64,000 nt of DNA, taken from assembly GCA_002256025.1 (NCBI GenBank), contig NKIB01013066.1, positions 1-64,000 on the forward strand. Direction: 5' to 3'. A program made the translations under genes and the position numbers. This DNA is from Asterionella formosa (lineage: Eukaryota). Below are positions 1 through 13,900 of this stretch, in pieces (within the stretch, counting starts at the first letter, position 1; every line of letters begins with the position of its first letter). The notes beneath the pieces are model-generated. The model did no database searches. It saw nothing but the letters and a program-made list of their open reading frames with translations, and was not told the DNA's origin.

Positions 1-666
1 ATAACATGGAAAATACAATCGTAAAAGAAGTAAAGTAATAACACTAATAATGACAACGAAAATTGAGATCGCCGATAACAACATGAAGTCGCGTTTTTCT
101 TGCGAGGTGAAGAACTCTCTCATTTTTCACAAGACGGAAATAATTGTCATATTAATACATCTTAGAAAAATGTGCGCTATCCTGTACAACTAAAGAAATT
201 TACTTAGGTCCATTATAAGGGAAATCTCTTCATTGTCCTGGGCCCCCCTTAAGTAAAATCAGTCAAAATTCAGTCACGGCAGTGTACATAGGGGGGTCCA
301 GGACAATGAAGTATACGGTATTCGTACATGTGTACCAGGGTACCACAGCTGCAAAATGAACTTTGGCAACTGGTCCCAGGTACCCTATTAGGGGAACTTG
401 CTGATACCTGGTAATGGTATAGTGTAAAGAAGCAAGGCGGGGTATATTTCGCACTCACATGGAGAGCCAGCACGCCACCAACACGCAAAGCCTTTTCAAG
501 TCGGCCGTGGTATTGCTGCTCCTGTACATTCTCATGTACATCTCCTACTAATGAACGACAAGGAGAATGAATGCCTCGCTATCTCCTCTCTCAACAATTT
601 TCGTCAGAACAACAATTCCTGAATTGCTGTAAAAGACTTTGTTTTCTTTGACAACCGAACATCACC

Positions 667-1627
<961 letters not shown>

Positions 1628-1862
1628 AGAGAGATTCTTACGTGTACAGCATAGTGCATTGTAGCCTATGCGCTTTTATTTGAACTTATGTTATTTTTCG
1701 GTGACAATGGTCAGGGTAGAATTGTGCTGAAAGAGCCTAGTAATCACGGAAATTCAAAAGAGATAGGGAGTACTATTCTTTGCTTGTGAATCGGTTCCAA
1801 TTCATGCAAAATTACCCACACCATCAGTGGGACTTCTGGTAGGAGATCGAACGTTTGTAGTG

Positions 1863-4276
1863 TTAGCAGCATAGACTGAAAGATCGTTCACCGTTGTTCT
1901 CGACATGCATCATCATTCGATGCCAGTGACAAAGGCTTAGCAATATGCTTTTTGATTTTGATTCGGGAAACGGTAGGAGGGAGTAGGCATTCGATTCTGT
2001 GACACGTTCCTGTGGTACAGTCCAATGACTCAATATTTCAGCGGCAGCATTAACTTCCGACAACCCCACTTGCATTTGAACCACTTTTGGTGCAAAATTG
2101 TATTCTTCAACGGAAATCAATTTAATAGAAACGGACGTGGAGACTTCGTCACTTCGTGAGGAACGCTGATAGTCAGTGAAAGAAACTTCCTCCATTCCCA
2201 TGAATTCCATCAAATTGGCATCACTGGACATGTGCTTGGCTACCCATGCTGCTGTCAGAGGCGTCTTCGATGCCGATACAGAGACTACTGGGTTCGATCG
2301 GGGCGTGAACGATGCTGTCGATGGAGATATCTTATTTAAATCATAGTCTTCCGTAAGGCGTCTTCGGGTAGTATTTGATTCGGACTTGCTATTGTCAGCC
2401 CTGATACTAGGTGACACCATTGTAGGTGATGAAATACTGATCCGACCAACTGACGGGGGGTTCCCTCCTCGTTTCGACACGGTATCAGCAGATGCAATGC
2501 TTACTTTGGACAGCCGAGGTGATTCGTTCTCGACAATCGGCAACAACTGTGGCTTTCGAATCTTCTTGGGATGGGGTGTTTTCCGAAAGCTTGTCGTTGT
2601 TTGGCGCTTGCCAGATGTATTCGATGCTTCTGCGAAAGGCTTGCGATACAGCCTTTCTTCAACAGCTCGACGATGAAATCCCCGTTCATTTGGTACGACC
2701 TTGATTCCCACGCTGCTATCATCTACTTCCACACGGTATCGGTCCAAAATAGGTGTGACGAGGAGACTGGTCACAGATGACAAGTCAGCTTGTTCCATAA
2801 TGCGGCTGTGCGACGGAGATGCTACTGTGTCTGTTTCATGAAAGAAGGATTGATCCATGGTTAAGTTGTTTTGTCCAGGAGGGGTTGATTCCAGATGTAC
2901 AAAGACTTCCCTGACAGTGTGCACCGCTGGAGAAGAGGGTACCATTTTATTCAGTGCTAGCCCTAACATGGACCGTGTCATAGTATTGCTGGTCATTGTA
3001 GGTTCATCCGTAGAGCTCGACACGGAACGATCTCCAGCTTCTAGACTTCCACGTAGCGATGCGATTTCTATCCGTCCTGGCCTGATGATGGTTTTTTGAG
3101 TCGCGAATGTTGCGTCGTCGCCATAATCATCACTATAGTCTTCACTGTACTCCAATGTCGCATCTCGCAACATTGATGACTCAGATGGGGCAATGGATAA
3201 TCGTCTGAGAGCAGCATTGAGAGCACTGCTGTCAATCTTTGAGGTGTCTGCATCAGAATGCGTCACCCGGGAGCGGACATGTGCATTTTTTCCATCGTGG
3301 TGTGATCGATCTGTGCGTTCTGTTTCAAATGATTGCCCATAACGTTGCTCCGCAACATCGACCACATGCTTTTCTTTTTGCAATTGGGCAGAGTTGTTGT
3401 ATGCTTGTGCATCCCCAAACTTCGTCCTGTTACATAGCAAATGATTGCTGTCATTTTGGCGTTCAACTACGGCGACGCCCCCTGCTGCTTTCCCTTTGCG
3501 GATGCTGTCGATATTTCCCTCTTGTTGACTGGATTGTTGAGCTCTCCAACTTTCAATAGCATCCAAACTTACTCGAGTGTTTTCCTCCATGTCATCGTTG
3601 CTATAAGTGACTTTGGCGGCTGATGTTGGCATATTCCCTCTTGGCAATCTATCCTTTCTGGGTGTTGCTTGATTCCTTGACTTGAAAATGGAACAGCTAG
3701 ATTCAGCTGCTTCGGTATTTTCCTTTACTTCGTTGTGCTTCTCGCTACTGTTATGATTACTGCCCCTCAGCAGTGCCTGGTTCAGTCGCTCCATGGTTTG
3801 AAAATTATTTGCCTGTATATTTCTCATCACTCGAACAAGTTCGGTGCATTCCATTTGTTGGTCTCGTGAAGGCAAACTGTGATTATGGATCAGAGAATTA
3901 TGGGCAGGACCGTCGAGGTGTTGATGAGTGGTGAAACAATTGTCTTGAGCATCTGTATGGTTGCCAAACGAATATTCTGCAGTTGTATTTATACGTGCAG
4001 CGTTTTATTAGGCAACGTCGTGTTAGATCCAATATTCACGCCAATCACACCAACATTTTTCAGCGACTATGATACCTGCATTGGCCAAACATAATAATAT
4101 TGTGAAGAATCTCAACGCAGAAACAACAACAACAACTACAACTCACCATTGTCGTTTGTTGCTGTGATTTGATCAGTCAATCTCTCTAAATCTTTGGAGA
4201 AATGAATCAAGGACGAAGTTAAAGCACCAAGGGCGGAGCGCTGCAATGCAAATGGCGAATGGCGTTGCGTCGTCAT
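1863..4276 (-). CDS. Ska3-like (Ska complex kinetochore) protein; probable exons 4276-4147 and 3952-1863
   Basis: 670-aa ORF extended by an upstream ATG exon (MTTQRHSPFALQRSALGALTSSL..., donor GTGAGT at 4146, acceptor CATACAG at 3953, frame preserved). Long S/P-rich middle. C-terminus ISVEEYNFAPKVVQMQVGLSEVNAAAEIL...KSKSILLSLCHWHRM resembles the Ska1/Ska3 C-terminal domain as recalled. Confidence 0.55.
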
Positions 4277-4717
4277 GGTTCAAAGTTTTATGCGTTACTT
4301 TTTGTTTGGTTCGTTTGAAAAAGTACGAGGGAGTACCGGTACTGGAGTATCGGTGATATGTACGAGGAAATCAAAGAAAGAAAGTGCCAGCCAATGTCGA
4401 TTTGAATTTGCTCGTTTGGCATTTTGCTGACTCTGGGTGTAGATTGCCCGTGTCTGGCAAGGTCCTGACTGATTTTGTCGGCTGAAGGACAGGTGAGTCA
4501 ACGTACCGGTATTCCGACCGCCCGCAGCCTCGCGATTTTTGTCGCTGCGGCACCGCCGACCATGACGACGGCGAGGACAAAAATTAAAGTTATCTCTGTC
4601 CACCGGTAATAAAAAAAGACAAAGGCACGAGCAGACAAGTCGATGGGCATGTTTGCTTAGCCGTCCTTTGCCCAGTTTTGTCTCCTTCCTTCCTTTTTAC
4701 CGCAAAAAAGTCGACTC

Positions 4718-6172
4718 ATGGTACGTTAACGATAATTCCAATCATACCAATGAAAAATGGATTCAACTGAGTGCTTTCTCACACAATCAAACTGCAACCG
4801 AAACAACATGAATCAATCACTATCGTGCACTCCGTATCAACTCTAGAACAACACCTTTGGAGCAGGCAGAAGCCGTGGAAGAGGCCGAGGCGGTCGTTTC
4901 AACAATACCAACAGCCAGGGTGGGCGCTACAGCAGCATCAGTGCAGGCGGTCGGTACAGCAACCCCCATGGGGGACGGGTAAGTGGAGACTATCCTACCC
5001 CTCGCCTGAATGCCTGTGGGCCGTTCACTATGGGCGAATGCCAGAACGGCAATAACTGCCGATTTTCTCATGTCTGCAAAAGATACGCATCCATGGTCGC
5101 CGGTCATCCCATGCCACAGAAACATCGGGACACGTACCACAACAATAGCTATGATTCAGACGAAGTACAAGCCTACGCCGTCTCATCGGCAGCTATCTGG
5201 GAAAGCGCAGGAGGCATCAAAATATTTACGGGATCCCACGATGGCTACTGGTGTCTCTGGAATACAACCAACTTTTCAAAGGAATTTGAGCACAATATGA
5301 ATGGTGGCCACGTCGAGGCCTTGGAGATTGCCAATAATTTTCTTTTTGTTGGCTTTGAGGCACAATCCGTTATGCTGCCCGACGTCAAGGTCGGTATGAT
5401 TCATGCATGGAACTTGGCAACACCAACCAACCCACCCTTGGAATTCCACATGCAAACTGCGCTAATGCCATACGCACATTCGGTATGTGTGACGGCATTG
5501 AAGGTCGTCAGCGGCGAAGTTATCGTTAGTGGTGATAGACATGGAGTTATTCGCTTGTGGAAGTTCGATGGCACAAAGTTTGCCTTAACGAGTACCTTCC
5601 ATGGGCATGCAGGTGAAATTACCGCATTGGTGGTTATTGACCAGCTGCTGTGGAGTTCATCTGTCGACCATTCCATTCGCCTGTGGGACCTCAGCAACAA
5701 CGGAGAGTGCAAGTATCTTATCACTCGCGAGACAGTGGCCAATGGCAACCCAGTGGGACACACTTCGGCAGTCACTGGTTTATTGACCTTCAACATGCCT
5801 AATGGTGGTGGCACCTTTGTGTTAAGCAGTAGTCTTGATGGCACTATTAAAGCATGGAACGGCACCAATGGGGAATGCGTTGCGTCAGAAGCACATGGTG
5901 AAGGTGTTGTTAGCATGGCTCTGTCAGAAGACCAAAACAAGAATCCAATCATCTTGATTGGGTTGGAACGAGGCAACATCATGGTCCGAAACGTGCTGCA
6001 AACACAAAAAGCTCCAGCCTTTTGTTTGCTCTTTCAACTCACACTAAAGTTTCATGGAACACACTTTGGTTCAGTAATGACGATTCGGGAAGGGCCGTCA
6101 AGTACATTCTACACTGGAGGACAAGACGGCAAGTTGATTGTGTTTCAAATATGTGGTGATTTGGGAATTTAA
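4718..6172 (+). CDS. RGG + CCCH zinc finger + WD40 repeat protein (ZFWD-like); exons 4718-4720 and 4847-6172
   Basis: The frame of ORF 5030 is open back to a TAG acceptor at 4846, and ATG|GTACGT lies at 4718-4726. Product has GRSRGRGRGGRF, C-x7-C-x5-C-x3-H (CGPFTMGECQNGNNCRFSH) and several GH...WD-type repeats. Confidence 0.88.
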
Positions 6173-9100
6173 TGAGGATTGACAGCAAAGGAGCAAATAT
6201 GAAAAGTTGAACCATGGCAACAATCACTGTCACAAAGAGACTAAATGATAATCTGTTTTATAGCTCATTCCTACTTCCCTTTTTCAAGGCAAGTATTCAT
6301 TGTGCTGCCTGCCAACAAGACCTGTGCTTCCTTAGTTTTGTTAGCATAGGTGAGTCCCCAACAACCTTTCATGAAAGGTAATTGTCTTAGCTACAGCATT
6401 AAAGGAAACACTGACCACCTAGGCAGGCAGCACAAGCTGCCTGCAGGGGGCAAACCCACTATTTCTTACACACCAGGCAAGACCATGCTTCCCAAAAAAA
6501 TTGCAGGAATCAAACCACACAACTTCAGATCAAAGGCAATGTACTCAACCAACTACCATAAGCCATTTCCATTATCCCAAAGAGAGTAATATATATTCAC
6601 ATAACTAGAAATGAATACATCAACATCTCATGAAGTATATGTTAATAATTGTATTTGTACCTATCATGTCCACCCAAACCCAGCCCAATTCACTGACCAC
6701 TGGTGAATTGCTACTGATGGTAGGCAGCCCTAGTCTACCTACCAGTAGTTCCTACCATTTCAACATAGCATTTGAACATGTTGTAATTGTCATATTGCAT
6801 GCTAATATTGTTTTTCTTGTACACCAGTAAAACTGTTTTGTGTCCTTGAATTGAAGCCGATACTACAAGGTCTGATAAGATTTGAAAGAGCTGATAAATT
6901 TTATTTCTGATAACCATACCCAGGTTTGAGATGTCAATTACTTTCAATTCTAATGCCTTTATCATATGTGCCTGACAAGCAGTTACTTATGTCTGAATCC
7001 TATGAATAGTAAGTATGTGTCAAACAAAAAGTTTTCTGACACAAGCTCCTGGGCAGGCTAAAAGAAAAAATATGTACAAGGAAACAATGAAACTAGTTTG
7101 TCCACTGGAAGTCGGGTAGCGCACATATTATGCATACCTTTTCAGACACAATTCACTCCCAATATTTCTTGCATGCCTGCCAGACAAGATAGGCCAGCTT
7201 TCGGTGAAAATAGGATTCCTTAAGTAATTTAAGAAAACATTGCTTGTATTGACCGATGATGATTTGCAGATTCAAACATTGAACACAAGTCAGATTTGCT
7301 GCCTGATCAACCGCTTTAGGAAACCGCCTTCTTGCTTTGGAGTATAAATAGGAATCATTCTATATACGTGTAGACAGTAAAGACATAACATCTTCATCAG
7401 AAACTGGATCTTGATGATGAGATCATTCCTTTTTTGAAGAAGTTGAATTTTTTGCATAGTCTTCGTAAGCATGACTTGCATAGTCACCGTAAGCATGAGA
7501 CTGTTTCGTTGCAGGTGTAACCAAGCGTCTAATGTCTTTGACGTCACAGGGAAGAATTTTTCTCAGAGAATTTTTCTCATGATTTCTATTTCATAAATTC
7601 TTTTGAGATAATTTATCACCAACACGTTTACCAGTTCTTTTTGTTCCCTTTTTCGACATGATGATAACGAAGTAGGAGTACTAGAATAAATGTACATGTT
7701 TTAAAATCAAAGATTGAAACAATATCAAGAAAAGATCTACCGGTATAATACCTTCATTGGCCTTTTTGGTGTGCCAACAATAAAAGTTAGTCATTTTTGG
7801 TCATAAAGAATTATTAATGGATCATTCATTTACATTTCTTACTGCGAAGATGTAATCCGAGTACATAACAATATATAAGAAATGATAATGTGTTTGATCA
7901 TGATCAAATACCTACTAGAATTGATCATTCTTTCCAATATCTTCAATAGTGGTCATGAAATGTATTCTTCGTATCATGTAAGTACCGGTGTACTTCGAAG
8001 GTATGCCTAGGTAACAATTACACTAACTACTGCATACCAGAGATATGATTACCAACAAGTACATTCGAGGTTCTGTTAAGTCTTGAAAAGTTTATCTCAT
8101 CATTCATACTTGTAGGATATTAAATGTTCCTTTGAAATAGGTCATAGACATACAGAGATGCAAATGATACATAAATTTTGAAGTATTGGAAATTTTGATA
8201 AATGATTGCGAAATCGATTATAGTTCCTCTATTTCACACAAACTGATGACGAAATAAAGATCGGTAGCCTCCTTTCAAACCAACCTGAAAGCGGAGGTAA
8301 GTTACTGATGTATTATAGTGTTTCGCTCCTCATCTGTGGCAACAAAAGGGCTTATGATCGGTGCTCAAACCCTTGACCCTCTGAATTATGTGATTGTTTT
8401 GTTGCATATAAAAAGAGATGGTTTACTCATTTCTTCACTTTCCCTTAAATTGTTCTATCTCCTAGTCTACAAGAAAATTATACAAGAATGTCAGAGAATG
8501 TGAGTTTGCTGACATTATTGATGGTGGAGTTTTGAATGTACCATCAACAATTTCGCTGACTCTTTCATTTCATTTTGAAGAAAACATGTCAAAGTAAATG
8601 ATATAAACAAACATCACTACCCATTTAACACGATTTATTTTTATCATTGATCGAACATGATAATATGTTGGACCAATAGTAGGATTTCCTTAGACCTGTA
8701 GAAATAATTACGTTAGGTCGAAAGTTAAATTATCATTTGATCAAAGCATTCCAAATGTTAGATCAATAGATCAATTTACTTGATCGAACGGTTTCTAAAT
8801 CTCGTACACTGGAAAACCATTTGATAACAACACAGTAACAGTGCTGTATTAACGAAAACACAATTGTTTGATAAATGAGTTCAGAATGAATTGATGTACA
8901 TAAATATATATATTTATATAAACCTTCAATGTATAATAAAAACGGTACACTAATAATTGATGAAAAATTTAAAAACTGTAAGATATAATAACAATGATAT
9001 GTATATAATCATTGATATATAAATATGTTTATTATCAAACTCGCAAAAAGTTTTCGATCAATATCGTTTGTGGATGATCAATAAAAAATTACGTCATAGT

Positions 9101-10932
9101 GCGATGATTTTGGGACAGTCGATAAAAGAAAAAAATTGTTAGGCCTGACACTTGTTCATTCATAGATGTACACACGACTGTACTGTAGCATTTCTTATAC
9201 ATATGGAGCACTTCACATGTATAAAGTAGAACATTGCTCTAGTAGGTCACCTACTTGAAATGTGTAGTAAAAATGATACTTAGATAAAAATAGCTTTTTA
9301 GGTTGTTCATCTTTTCCTTAAGTAAAGTGGGCTTTTACTTAATTAGCAAGCGATTTTTTTGAGACCCCTCACATCAGATCAAACAACCAGTAATATCTCC
9401 ATGGAAATAGAGCTCACTAGTTTTCTCTACATGTCTTTTTGTCATCAATCTCAGATGCTACCATTCTGTGAATCTTTAACATTGTAGCAGCAAACATTTT
9501 ACTAGCTCCATCCAGTTCATGCATTTGTTTCAGATCCTTCACCAAGCAGGTATGTAGCAACAGCAGGTTCCTGGATCATGAGTGAGCAACCTGTGTATTT
9601 CTGGTCAAATTATTGGAGCTACTGATTTAGCTAGCTATCTTTATCCTTATTTAAATGTTTGTTTAAGTAGAATTACCACAAACTTGTTTGAGTTTCACCT
9701 TAAATATTTCTAGCTAAGAAATCGAGTTCCCGCAAAAACATTTCAAAAAGATGATGCCATGAATGGAAGACAATGGTCATATGATTTGGCAAGCTTACAG
9801 GTATTTCTGTAAGGATTGGTTCAGCTGGGGTGAATATCTTCCCAACATTTATCCAAATCATTGTGTCATCATGTTGACCACACATTTTGCTCTATCTATG
9901 TTATGGTAATTTTGCCGAAATAAACAATTTAATATGGGATAAAGATAAATAAATTTTTCAGCACAATTTACCACAGCTTGCTGGTGTATTCTCAGTACTA
10001 TAGCAGCATGCATGTGCACATTTTCAATTACCAGTAGCAGGTAGACTACCGTTAACGGTAACAGTGTAACAGATACTCCAGTATGATAGGAGCATGTATG
10101 CATATGATACATGCTATGATATTGCTAAAAACGGTCCAGGTATGACGGCTGGAATGATATAAATATGTAAGATATTTAATATATTTTCATTGCCGTTTAT
10201 TCTTTTCTACATTTCGTAGTCTACCGGTCGTAGACTGCCTTGTACCACGTACCTGGTACCAGGTACCGGTTCCTGAATTACCAGCACACACAATAATACT
10301 GTACCTGGTACCAGGCACTGATTCGGAGTAAAATATTATATCATTTGCTCTATGCATATATACTACAGGACAAAAAATATTTTCCGCCAAAATCTCTTGA
10401 GCGGGCTGGTGATTTTAGTGGTGGTTGCCCGTTTGATTGCCACCGAAATATATTAATATGCCGGCACATACTCCGTAGTAAACAGTAAAACTGGAGTATG
10501 ATATAACAAGTCACGGGAAATTGGAAGAAATACCAATGAGGTACGTAGATTTCGTGTCTCTAAATTATACAAACCTGTATATGAATAAAATCTCAAACTG
10601 TAATTACTTCGGGCGTTGTTGGCTTGCTGGGCACAGAGGCATCCCGGTATTCTCTCCGTTTAGTCGATGAATCATAGAAAAAGTTTCTTTTGTCGTTACT
10701 CGCACTCCATCTGACATTCAAAGCGCTTTAAATCAACACTGGTTCTGATTTCCGTAACTGTTGTGTACTGGATAAGTGACTTCGAAGGTTGGAATTCACT
10801 GCCTTCGCAGCGATTGTATCAAGCGGTCGAGGAAAAGCCGGAATACGAACGTACGCAACCGATCGTGTCAAACCCCGTTCCCCCATTGTGGACAGTCGTG
10901 AGTGCATTCGACGCAAGACTGCCGTACATTTC

Positions 10933-13900
10933 ATGCCATCGATAGGACCGGAAGGCATCGTCAAGAAGCTCCTATTCCCGTCTTTTACGGATGCAGGAGC
11001 AAGTGATGCCTTTCGAGAAGCAAGTGATGCCTTTCGAGAAGGCGAAAGCGTCGCAGGATCGGACGCACCAACGGAAGTCAGAGATAATCGAAGCTATCAA
11101 AACGGATCAGACAGCAAGAGTGGAACCACGACGACGGAGTCAACAATGAGCACAGAGATGGAGCAACCAGCGCCGCCGCCAAAATCTCGAGCATTTTTCC
11201 CATCAACTGATCCGCAAGCAAAACCATTAAAATTGACTGCACGAAGTCTCTCGGTGACGGCAGAAATTGGAGGATTTCCGTCGTCGTCATTACCACTGAA
11301 ATCACATTATGATAATAGTGACATGGAATCTTCATACATGACTGGCAGTAGCTCGCTTCTGGGACAAAATTTTGTAGGATCTGATGTTCTAGACGACCAT
11401 CACACCAATTTTTTTCGAACACATCAAGGTGAACTTAACGAAGCGGATGATTCCACATCAGACGTGAATTCCACAGCATCAGATATGGGAACTGTGGTTG
11501 GAATCTCGTCTGCTCGAATGGACGAAGTAAATGCTATGGTACTCATGACACCGGCGCATGATGATGACGAATACGAGGATATGAAGTATTCGCCGCCTTC
11601 AATTAACGCTGGCCTGTCGTTGCCTCTGTTGGATGAAAAGGAGAACAAGAAGTCTCCAGACGCAAGCAATTCCGCAACTGCAATAGTATCAGCAGCGTTT
11701 CGGAGATTGGGAAAACGAATACCAGGAACAGCTTCAGCGCCGACGACACCGAAAGCAAACTCAAACGTTGAAGACTACCTCAAAGCGGCCAATTATCAAA
11801 AGTGTACAACTCAGGCTAATTCTTTCTTGCGATCACCAGGATCAGCAGCTCATTTCCCATCGTTCAAAAAGGACACCACGAGACCGACGTTGTCCCCACG
11901 ATTCTCCAATTCAATGGGGGCACCAACGTTGTCAGTTAATCCACCTGCTACACTTCGGCACGCGAATTCATTGGCATCACCACTTCGATTCGCACGAGGA
12001 TGTCTTTCCTTTGACAACACTGTCGACGAGTCCTATTATCATCCAACTATAAATGATCACACCCTAGGAGGTATTCCAGAATCACCATCTGTGCAAGATC
12101 AAGCTCTACTGCAAAGCAAGTCGTGGGATCCGTCAACCACCACGACACCTAGGGCAGGCGTAGTCAGCGCCTTTCGGGTAAATGAACAACGGCGTGCGTT
12201 TGATTTTCGACAACCTTCGAGAAGTCACGTACACGAAGCCATGGATCATAGTCCTGAAATTGTGACTACGAAGGATGCGTTTGCGCTTCGAACCCAGCAT
12301 AATGTTGAAATTGAACGCGAGGACGCATTGGATATTTTGGCCTGCCTTGTAGAGCGGAGCGTGGCGTTTGAACAGGAATCGTATGCTCTAGATTATCTGA
12401 ATGGCGGAGAAATAGAGAACACCAAATCGAAGAATGATGAGCACATTCACCCAGACGATGACAAGGTTTCGACATTTGTTGAAAGCGGCACCGCCGCTGA
12501 CGAAAGCGAAAGCTGGCTGCGATCACCTCCCAAGAATCACCGAAACCTTCATGTTGCAGGTGATTTATCGGAGTCCGAAGCTTTGCCGAATCACTTGATG
12601 GAATCAGTATGTGAACTGCGCAGAATTAGTAGTGGGCAGCAAGAAGGTGGAATCACTTCGCATAGAACACGAATGAAGGCTGTTGATGACTTGCTCCGAT
12701 CTCACACGTATGCGCTTGAAATGAAGCGAGCTGCAAAGTCTGCTTCTGTATGGCTTCGTTCGATTGGAAGGTCTGAGGGGTTATGTGACGATGATGTAAA
12801 TTTTGTATATACGCCCAGACAACCTGCAAACGAAGCAGCCACGTTTCGATCGCAGACGTTCGCGAATCAACCAGAAGTAGAAGTGAGAGATATTTCTCAG
12901 TCTGTCAACAACATGGATATGTTAGCATTTAAGGCGATGATACATTCATCTGAACAGCGAGCAAAAGAAAAAGACGAACAAGTTTTGCGATTGAACGAAG
13001 AATTGTCGAAGTGTCGTGCTGAAATTGGAAGACTGAAGAGCACGTCAAGGTCAAAAGAAATATTTACATCACCAAACCGATCAATATTAGACTACGATGA
13101 TGAGCAATCTGATTCGTCAGAGGATATTTCGAAAGCTAACGCAGACTTTAATGCCTTTGACGGTATGCCTGATAACATGAGCGAAATCCCAACCAACGAG
13201 ACGAGTTTTGACCCCTCATTCGCATCTGGAATCAAGCAAGGTACTCGCGATTGGAGTGCTCTTGCCGAAGCCAAGAAAGAGTCAATCCAGTTGAAAACTG
13301 CTCTTGCACGGGCCAACGAAGTCATCCGTGATTTGCACTCAAAATCACAAGGAATGTCAGAACATATTGGCGAGCCCCCCGTGGTCGCAATCGATAATCC
13401 TGAAGTAGTTAAAGAGTTAGAGGAGTACAAGGAAGCTCTACGGAAAGCTCAACAACTCGAAAATGAAATCGCCAATCTTTCGTCTACCTCATGTAGCGAG
13501 CAAGAATTGTCGATGCGAAGTGACGAAAGATTGGTGAAAGTCAAAATGCTGGATACGGAAAACTTCAGCACTGATTGGGAAGAGTTTGCGTCAGGTTTAC
13601 CTCCGCCTCCTGATCATGACTTAAGATCTCCGATCGTGGCCGCTTTACTTCAACAATGGACATCGGACCATTCAATGCATGATTCGTTGCTTTCGTGGAT
13701 GGAACGTGTCATGGTTGGAGCGGACCCAGAAACAGTTCCACCTTTGACAATATCGAGCTTGGATCATCAAACTCGTGATGGATTTTCCATGCATATTATA
13801 CCGATGCTTCTAAAGCGACCCGACATTCACGTGGGTGTGAAAACCCGGGCGCATCGTCGGACAGCTTACGATATGGCTGTCACAGTCACGCGGTCTCTAG

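Noticed and set aside
4310..4410. TTTGAA (CHR-like) words in the Ska3-like promoter
   Set aside because: A 6-mer expected by chance in AT-rich DNA; no independent support.
8510..8560. VDGTFKTPP on the minus strand resembling a MULE transposase motif
   Set aside because: A single short motif in stop-riddled sequence with no supporting downstream motifs.
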